Source of the DNA: Pseudomonadota bacterium
GTDB lineage: Bacteria; Pseudomonadota; Alphaproteobacteria; Rhodospirillales; Magnetospirillaceae
DNA: 64,000 nucleotides
Assembly (NCBI GenBank): GCA_021847015.1
Contig: JAJZVW010000018.1
Coordinates: forward strand, 2,860-66,859
Direction of reading: 5' to 3'
In this document: piece after piece, positions 55,345-61,662 of the stretch
Layout: each line of letters starts with the position of its first letter
Numbering within the stretch: position 1 is the stretch's first letter
Program-made: the position numbers and the translations under genes
The notes under the pieces: generated by a model
Seen by the model: only the letters and a program-made list of their open reading frames with translations
Databases searched by the model: none
What the model was told of the DNA's origin: nothing

Positions 55345-55627
55345 CGCACGGATCGTGCAGCGGTTCTCATTATGCGGCATCAGGGCATGTTGTCATCCCG
55401 AGGGAGCGGAGCGACTGCGGGATCCTTCACGCGAAAGTGCCTGAAAGATCCCTCGCCGTCGGCTCGGGATGACAGCGAAAAATGCATAATGAGAACCGCT
55501 GCGGATCGTGCCGGCCGTTCTCATTATGCGGCATCGGGGAACATTGTCATCCCGAGGAGCGTAAGCGACGGAGGGATCTTTCGGGCGGGGTGCCTGAAGG
55601 ATCCCTCGCCTGCGGCTCGGGACGGCA
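55345..55627. repeat. Composite repeat cluster: two REP/MITE-like copies (E 55391..55474, F 55545..55627) nested with a second inverted/direct repeat (CGGTTCTCATTATGC)
   Basis: E: TGTCATCCCGAGG...GTGCCTGAAAGATCCCTC...GGCTCGGGATGACA. F: TGTCATCCCGAGG...GGAGGGATCTTTCGGGC..GTGCCTGAAGGATCCCTC...GGCTCGGGACGGCA. GCAGCGGTTCTCATTATGCGGCAT at 55358 recurs inverted at ~55484 and direct at ~55515. Confidence 0.8.
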
Positions 55628-55657
55628 CCAAGACACCTCAAGATGAATTGCCGCAGG

Positions 55658-56419
55658 TCACCCCGGCAATCCGGTTGCGACCGGGAGGTAGGGAACCGCT
55701 CCCGGCCGGCCGGCGGCGAACAGCCAGACCGGCTCCGCCCCCTCCGCCTCGGGCGCCGGCAGCCCGATGAGGGCCGAAGACACCGTGCCGAAGCCGTCCG
55801 GGCGGACAAAGGTCATGGCCGCCACCTCCTCGCCATCGGCGGACGTGCCGGCATCGGCCATCAGGTCTTGCCACGCCGTCCACTGGCCCGCGCCGGGATC
55901 GGGGATGGCGGCGGCGCGGAAGCGGGGCAGATAGGCGCTCACACGCGGGCTGGCGGTGTCGTCGATGTCGAGGGCGGTGAGCATGTGCAGGCCCGCCCCG
56001 ATCGGCCGCACCTCCACCCTCGCCCCGCCCGCGCCCCTGATCCAGTACGCGTCCCTGTTGTCGGCGACCACCAGATTGAACGGCCGCCACGCCCGCCCGT
56101 CGAGATGCGCCAGCGCGTCGGCCGCCACCGCGGCATCGGCGTGATCGAGGGCTTCCAGCACCAATTCCCCGCGCGAGCGCTTGCCGGCCGCCGGACCGAG
56201 ACTGCCCATCCGATTGAGGATCGCGGCGACGACCCCGTAATCGTTCATCCCCAACCAGCTACCCCCGGCCAGGTCATCCCGGCCGGCGACCACCTCGGGC
56301 CGGTCCGGCCAATGGCGCGCGGGGGACGACCACGGGCGGGCGGCCATTTCGTCGCGGTTGGCGGCGATCAGGACAGGCCAACGTTCCGTCGGACGCCGCA
56401 GAAGGACAAGCGTGCACAT
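55658..56419 (-). CDS. NRDE-family protein (DUF833 / TANGO2-like)
   Basis: MCTLVLLRRP...PVLIAANRDE...GGSWLG is the NRDE family N-terminal signature. Confidence 0.85.
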   Translation of the reverse strand: MCTLVLLRRPTERWPVLIAANRDEMAARPWSSPARHWPDRPEVVAGRDDLAGGSWLGMNDYGVVAAILNRMGSLGPAAGKRSRGELVLEALDHADAAVAADALAHLDGRAWRPFNLVVADNRDAYWIRGAGGARVEVRPIGAGLHMLTALDIDDTASPRVSAYLPRFRAAAIPDPGAGQWTAWQDLMADAGTSADGEEVAAMTFVRPDGFGTVSSALIGLPAPEAEGAEPVWLFAAGRPGAVPYLPVATGLPG

Positions 56420-56536
56420 CGGCCAAAATCCCTTTCCTCGGAGCCGGGAAAGACAGTTATAACACCTCGGCGAGAGTTGGGGCCTGCGCCGGGGACTACC
56501 ACCTTATATGCCGAAAGCACGGGGATGTGGGACGCC

Positions 56537-56866
56537 ATGACTTTGTTCGATGAGCGTGAAAAGGCGTTCGAGGCGAAATACCGGTTGGATCAGGAAACCG
56601 CCTTCAAGGTCACCGTCCGCCGCGACAAATTGCTGGGCCTGTGGGCCGCCGAGAAGATGGGTCTGACGGCCGACGAGGCCACGGCCTACGCCAAATCCCT
56701 GATCGAGACCGAAATGAGTGCGGGCGCCCACGACGTCGGCCACAAGGTCCTCGAAGATCTTCGGGCCCGCGATGTCGCCATTGAAGAGGATGACCTGAGG
56801 ACGCGGATTTCCACCATCCACGAAATCGCCCAGCAGCAAGTCGTCGCGGAGACCGCCGGCCGCTAG
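56537..56866 (+). CDS. DUF1476 protein (alphaproteobacterial F1-ATPase inhibitor zeta-subunit family)
   Basis: MTLFDEREKAFEAKYRLDQETAFKVTVRRDKLLGLWAAEKMGL..DEATAYAKSLIE is the typical DUF1476 pattern. An alternative ATG lies at 56525. Confidence 0.8.
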   Translation: MTLFDEREKAFEAKYRLDQETAFKVTVRRDKLLGLWAAEKMGLTADEATAYAKSLIETEMSAGAHDVGHKVLEDLRARDVAIEEDDLRTRISTIHEIAQQQVVAETAGR

Positions 56867-57043
56867 CAGGCTGTTGAAAAAGTCGGTCTTTTCAACCGTC
56901 ACCCCCGCGAAAGCGGGGGGCCATGCCTCCGCGAATACAAAATATAGCGGATAAGCCTGCTCTTTCGGCCCAACATTGACCCCCGCTTTCGCGGGGGTGA
57001 CGAAAAAGCGGGGGTGAAAAATGCTTTTTCAACAGCCTGCTAG
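56863..57043. repeat. 181-bp MITE-like element with perfect 20-bp terminal inverted repeats
   Basis: Left end CTAGCAGGCTGTTGAAAAAG (56863-56882) is the exact reverse complement of the right end CTTTTTCAACAGCCTGCTAG (57024-57043). An internal inverted pair GTCACCCCCGCGAAAGCGGGGG / CCCCCGCTTTCGCGGGGGTGAC is present. The left TIR contains the TAG stop of the preceding gene. Confidence 0.8.
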
Positions 57044-57199
57044 TGCACCGACCTTCCGAATGTGTCGGCACACAATTCATTGATTTTGTGGGCCGGCGCA
57101 AACCCGAAATTTCCTTTCGTCATGGCCGGACTTGATCCACGGCTGTCCGGCACGGGCATGACGGCAATGGCGGATGCCGTACCTGTTGAAAGAGCCATC

Positions 57200-58045
57200 C
57201 TACCATCCCCCCTCCAGGAAGCGTTCCACCACGTCGAGCTGGGACGGCACGTTCAGGGCCGGCGCGTGGCCGCAGCCGGGCACCGTCACCAGACCGGCCC
57301 GGGGCCCGCGCCGGGTCATGGCCCCGGCGACCTCGGGCGTCAGCATGTCCGATTCGGCCCCCCGCAGCACCAGCACCGGGCAGGCCAGGCCGTCGTACGC
57401 CTCCCACAGGTCGGGGGTCTGGCCGGCTTGGGCGAAGACCTGGACGATCCTGGGATCGTAATGGACGGTGATGCGCCCGTCGTCGCGCCGCCGCGCCGAG
57501 GTCTCGGCCATCCGCCGCCATTCGGCGTCGGTCAAGGCTCCGAAGGGGGCGTAGACGCGGCGCAGGAACGCCTCGTAGGCGACGACGCCGTCGAAATCGG
57601 GAATGTGGCCGCCATAGGTCCGGATGCGTTCGACCGCCGCCGGATCGATCACCGGCCCGATGTCGTTGAGCACCAGCCGCGCGATGCGCCCACGCAATGG
57701 CCCGGCGGCGGCGGCCATGCCGATCAGGCCGCCCATCGACGTCCCCACCCAGGCGCAGATCGCCACCCCCAGCGCGTCGAGCAGGGAAGCCGCCAGGTGC
57801 ACGTAGCCGGACAGGGTGTAGTCGCGCTCGGGCGCGGCCGACCAGCTGGACAGGCCGCGGCCGATGGTGTCGGGGCACAGCACGCGGAAGCGCTCCGCCA
57901 GCCGGGCGGCCGCGGTATCGAAGTCGCGCCCCTGGCGCACCAGGCCGTGCGCCATCACCAGCGCCGGGGATGCCGGATCGCCCCATTCGGTCACATGGAT
58001 CTCGTGGCCGGCGAGGGAGAAATAGAGCGAGCGGAAACCGATCAT
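57200..58045 (-). CDS. Alpha/beta-fold hydrolase
   Basis: 281 aa from the ATG at 58045: HVTEWGDPASPALVMAHGL, nucleophile elbow WVGTSMGG, C-terminal PGCGHAP. The upstream 396 codons of track ORF 57200..59233 are antisense to gabD. Confidence 0.9.
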   Translation of the reverse strand: MIGFRSLYFSLAGHEIHVTEWGDPASPALVMAHGLVRQGRDFDTAAARLAERFRVLCPDTIGRGLSSWSAAPERDYTLSGYVHLAASLLDALGVAICAWVGTSMGGLIGMAAAAGPLRGRIARLVLNDIGPVIDPAAVERIRTYGGHIPDFDGVVAYEAFLRRVYAPFGALTDAEWRRMAETSARRRDDGRITVHYDPRIVQVFAQAGQTPDLWEAYDGLACPVLVLRGAESDMLTPEVAGAMTRRGPRAGLVTVPGCGHAPALNVPSQLDVVERFLEGGW

Positions 58046-58144
58046 GAGCGCAGCCTTTCCGGGAGGAGCCACCGGGAGTATATCTGCGCCACGCTTCCCC
58101 GTGTCATCCCGCGGAGGATGACGCCCCAACCCCGGACGGATGCC

Positions 58145-59602
58145 ATGCCCGACCTCAGCGATCCCAAGCTCTTGCGCTCGCAGGCCTATATCGGCGGAGA
58201 ATGGGTGGCGGCCGAGAGCGGCCGCACCTTCGCCGTGACCAACCCGGCCGACGGCGCCGTTCTGGGGCGGGTGCCGGCCATGGGCGCCGCCGAAACCCGC
58301 CGCGCCATCGAGGCGGCGGAACGGGCTTGGCCGGCCTGGCGCTCCAAGACCGCCAAGGAGCGGGCCGCCATCCTCAGACGCTGGTACGAGCTGATCATGG
58401 CCGCGCAGAAGGACTTGGCGGTGCTGATGACCGCCGAGCAGGGCAAGCCCTTGGCCGAGGCCATGGGCGAAGTGGCCTATGGCGCGGCCTTCATCGAATG
58501 GTTCGCCGAGGAGGCCAAGCGCACCTACGGCGATGTCATCCCCGAAAACGCCCCCGGCCGGCGCATCGTGGTGACCAAGGAACCGGTGGGCGTGGTGGCG
58601 GCGATCACGCCCTGGAACTTCCCCAACGCCATGATCACCCGCAAATGCGCCCCGGCGCTCGCGGTCGGTTGCACGGTGGTGATCAAACCGGCCGAGGACA
58701 CGCCGCTGTCGGCGCTGGCCTTGGCGGATTTGGCCGGGCGGGCGGGCATGCCGGCCGGTGTCCTCAATGTGGTGACCACCGACGACCCGGCCACCGTGGG
58801 CGCCGAACTGACGGGCAACCCGGCGGTGCGCAAGCTGTCCTTCACCGGCTCGACCGAGATCGGCAAGCTCTTGATGAGGCAATGCGCCGACACGGTGAAG
58901 AAGGTCAGCCTGGAACTGGGCGGCAACGCGCCCTTCATCGTCTTCGACGATGCCGACCTGGACGCGGCGGTGACCGGGGCCATCGCCTCGAAATACCGCA
59001 ACACCGGCCAGACCTGCGTGTGCGCCAACCGGCTTCTGGTGCAGGCCGGCGTCTACGACGCCTTCGCCGAAAAGCTGGCGGCGGCGGTGGCCAAGCTGAC
59101 GGTGGGCCCCGGCCTGTCGGGAGAGACCCAGCAGGGGCCGCTGATCAACGCCCAGGCGGTGGAAAAGGTGGAGGCCCACATCGCCGACGCCCTGGCCAAG
59201 GGCGCGCGGGTCATCACCGGCGGCAAGCGCCACGCGCTGGGCGGCACCTTCTTCGAGCCGACCATCCTGGCCGACGTCACGCCGGCCATGCTGTGCGCCC
59301 GCGAGGAGACCTTCGGCCCGGTCGCCCCCCTGTTCCGCTTCGGCACCGAGGACGAGGCGATCCGCACGGCCAACGACACCCCCTACGGCCTCGCCGCCTA
59401 TTTCTACAGCCGCGACGTCGGCCGGGTGTGGCGGGTGTCCCGCGCCCTGGAATACGGCATCGTCGGCATCAACGAGGGCATCATCTCCACCGAAATCGCC
59501 CCTTTCGGCGGCATGAAGGAATCCGGCATCGGCCGCGAGGGCTCGAAATACGGGGTGGAGGCGTTCCTGGAGATCAAGTACCTGTGCATGGGCGGGGTGT
59601 GA
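58145..59602 (+). CDS. gabD: NAD(P)+-dependent succinate-semialdehyde dehydrogenase
   Basis: 485 aa: YIGGEWV...FAVTNPADG...ITPWNFP...KVSLELGGNAP...NTGQTCVCANR...EETFGP. Aldehyde dehydrogenase catalytic Glu/Cys motifs with GabD-like overall sequence. Confidence 0.95.
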   Translation: MPDLSDPKLLRSQAYIGGEWVAAESGRTFAVTNPADGAVLGRVPAMGAAETRRAIEAAERAWPAWRSKTAKERAAILRRWYELIMAAQKDLAVLMTAEQGKPLAEAMGEVAYGAAFIEWFAEEAKRTYGDVIPENAPGRRIVVTKEPVGVVAAITPWNFPNAMITRKCAPALAVGCTVVIKPAEDTPLSALALADLAGRAGMPAGVLNVVTTDDPATVGAELTGNPAVRKLSFTGSTEIGKLLMRQCADTVKKVSLELGGNAPFIVFDDADLDAAVTGAIASKYRNTGQTCVCANRLLVQAGVYDAFAEKLAAAVAKLTVGPGLSGETQQGPLINAQAVEKVEAHIADALAKGARVITGGKRHALGGTFFEPTILADVTPAMLCAREETFGPVAPLFRFGTEDEAIRTANDTPYGLAAYFYSRDVGRVWRVSRALEYGIVGINEGIISTEIAPFGGMKESGIGREGSKYGVEAFLEIKYLCMGGV

Positions 59603-59651
59603 GAAGCGGCGCCGCCCTCGCCTCCGGCCGGGATTTTCCGGTTTCCGCGAA

Positions 59652-59790
59652 TGTCATTCCCAATCTCTCAGGCACCCTGCCCGAAAGGCCCCTCGGCTGC
59701 GCTCGGGGCGACAAATCCCTTTTGTCATCCCGACCAAGCGCAGCGCGCGGAGGGATCTTTCACGCACCGTGCTCCTCGGGCCGCAAGTGA
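59652..59790. repeat. Two degenerate REP/MITE-like copies (G1 59652..59713, G2 ~59723..59790)
   Basis: TGTCATTCCCAATCTCTCAGGCACC...GCTCGGGGCGACA and TGTCATCCCGACC...GGAGGGATCTTTCACGCACC. Confidence 0.7.
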
Positions 59791-59804
59791 AGGGGGCTAT
59801 CGCC

Positions 59805-59999
59805 ATGTCGTTTGACGTTCTCGCCACCATCATGGGCGATATCGCCGATCAGGCGGAGGCCGAACGGCTGGCTCGCGACATCGCGGGCGTGGTCGCCCGC
59901 GCGCGGGCGCGGGGATGCATCGTCGATATCCGGGACCTGCGCCTGGGCCGGGAATTGCGGCGGACCATCGTGCCGCCCGGCGGTCCACGGTCCGAATAG
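59805..59999 (+). CDS. Small hypothetical protein (weak call)
   Basis: 64 aa: MSFDVLATIMGDIADQAEAERLARDIAGVVARARARGCIVDIRDLRLG... A purine-rich stretch lies upstream. No family recognised. Only positional and coding-like support. Confidence 0.35.
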   Translation: MSFDVLATIMGDIADQAEAERLARDIAGVVARARARGCIVDIRDLRLGRELRRTIVPPGGPRSE

Positions 60000-60006
60000 C
60001 GGACGA

Positions 60007-61320
60007 TCATCCCCGGCCGAACACGCGCTTGAAAATGGTGTCCACGTTCTTGGTGTGGTAGCCGAGGTCGAACAGCTCCTCCAACTGGGCGGAGGGCAGG
60101 TGCCGGGACACATCGGCATCGGCCTTCAGCAGGTCGAGGAAGCTCGCCCCCTTGCCCCACACCTCCATGGCGTTGCGCTGGACCGCCCTGTAGGCGTCCT
60201 CGCGGCTCATGCCCGCCTGGGTCAGCGCCAGCAGCACCCGCTGGGAAAAGACGAGGCCGCCCAACTGGTTGAGGTTGCGCTCGCACGCCTCGGGATAGAC
60301 CACCAGCTTATCGACCACACCGGCGAGGCGGGCCAGGGCGAAATCCAGGGTCACGGTGGAATCGGGGCCGATCATGCGCTCGACCGAGGAATGGGAGATG
60401 TCGCGCTCGTGCCACAGGGCGACGTTTTCCAGGGCCGGCATCACCATGCCGCGCACCAGCCGGGCGAGGCCGGTGAGATTTTCGGTCAGGATCGGGTTGC
60501 GCTTGTGGGGCATGGCCGAGCTGCCTTTCTGGCCGGGCGAGAAATATTCCTCGGCCTCGCGCACCTCGGTGCGCTGCAAATGGCGGAACTCGGTGGCGAC
60601 CCGCTCGATGGAGCTGGCGATCACCCCCAGGGTGGCGAAGAACTGGGCGTGGCGGTCGCGGGGGATGACCTGGGTGGACACCGGCTCGGGCCTCAACCCC
60701 AGCTTGCCCGCCACCCATTCCTCGACGAAGGGGTCGATGTTGGCGAAGGTGCCGACCGCACCCGAAATGGCGCAGGTGGCGATGTCGGCCCGCGCCGCCC
60801 TAAGGCGCTCGCGGTTGCGCTGGAATTCGGCGTGGAACGAGGCGAATTTCAGGCCCATGGTCACCGGCTCGGCATGGATGCCGTGGCTGCGCCCCATGCA
60901 CACCAGATCCTTGGTCTCGAACGCGCGCCGCTCCAGATTGGCCAGCAGACGGTCGATGTCGGCGAGAAGGATGTCCGACGCCTGCGCCAGTTGCACCGCG
61001 AGGCAGGTGTCGAGCACGTCCGACGATGTCATGCCCTGATGGATGAACCGCGCCTCGGCGCCGACCTGTTCGGCCAGTTCGGTAAGGAAGGCGATGACGT
61101 CGTGCCTGGTCTCCCGCTCGATGTCGTCGATGCGGGCGATACGTTCGGCCGTGTAGGGCTTGTTCCCGTTGCGCCAGACCGCCTCTGCCGCCGCCTTGGG
61201 AATCACTCCCCGCTCGGCCAGGGCGTCGCAGGCATGGGCCTCGATCTCGAACCAGATGCGGAACTTGTTGGCGGGCTCCCAAATGGCGGCCATCTGGGGG
61301 CGGCTGTAGCGGGGGATCAT
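60007..61320 (-). CDS. purB: Adenylosuccinate lyase
   Basis: MIPRYSRPQMAAIWEP..KF..WFEIEAHA...GMTSSDVLDT...GRSHGIHAEP...GQKGSSAMPHKRNP (fumarate-lyase signature). ATG at 61320. Confidence 0.95.
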   Translation of the reverse strand: MIPRYSRPQMAAIWEPANKFRIWFEIEAHACDALAERGVIPKAAAEAVWRNGNKPYTAERIARIDDIERETRHDVIAFLTELAEQVGAEARFIHQGMTSSDVLDTCLAVQLAQASDILLADIDRLLANLERRAFETKDLVCMGRSHGIHAEPVTMGLKFASFHAEFQRNRERLRAARADIATCAISGAVGTFANIDPFVEEWVAGKLGLRPEPVSTQVIPRDRHAQFFATLGVIASSIERVATEFRHLQRTEVREAEEYFSPGQKGSSAMPHKRNPILTENLTGLARLVRGMVMPALENVALWHERDISHSSVERMIGPDSTVTLDFALARLAGVVDKLVVYPEACERNLNQLGGLVFSQRVLLALTQAGMSREDAYRAVQRNAMEVWGKGASFLDLLKADADVSRHLPSAQLEELFDLGYHTKNVDTIFKRVFGRG

Positions 61321-61662
61321 GGACACCTCTGGCGAACTGCGGATGGACCGGGCCGGTTGGCGGACGCGCAACTGGGCGGCGCATTCTTCGCCGACGCGGC
61401 CGGGCTGTCAACGGCGGTTGGCCCTTGGCGCAAAGCTGAGGATCGAAACAATCGTTCGATAATACCGCTATCAAAAACGATGCTGACGACTACCACAAAT
61501 GGCCACACGCCACGTTGCGTTCATGTTTTCGCCACATTTCATTATGCCATCATAAACTAACACTAAAGATGTTTTACTGCGCTTTACCTTCGGTTAATCG
61601 TTCCTGCGCAATTCTTTCCTCGCCTCCAGCCCCCCCAAACAGCAACAGATAAGAGAGTTTCT

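Noticed and set aside
55202-55380. Purine/ZTP-type riboswitch upstream of purC, and likewise upstream of purB
   Set aside because: No match by eye to the conserved cores of the purine or ZTP (pfl) riboswitches. The region is dominated by repeat elements. A covariance-model scan would be needed to be certain.
55228-55770. 180-aa ORF and similar ORFs translating SFRAE/VIPS/SSRGSG strings (for example 24321..24860, 27273..27647, 30134..30409, 40054..40245)
   Set aside because: They read straight through the palindromic repeat elements in intergenic gaps. The recurring peptide strings are a by-product of the DNA repeat.
58046-59233. Upstream 396 codons of track ORF 57200..59233 (and the N-terminal 361 codons of 57062..59602)
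   Set aside because: Each long ORF is a fusion of a real gene with an antisense shadow of its convergent or divergent neighbour. The real genes start at 58045 (hydrolase) and 58145 (gabD).
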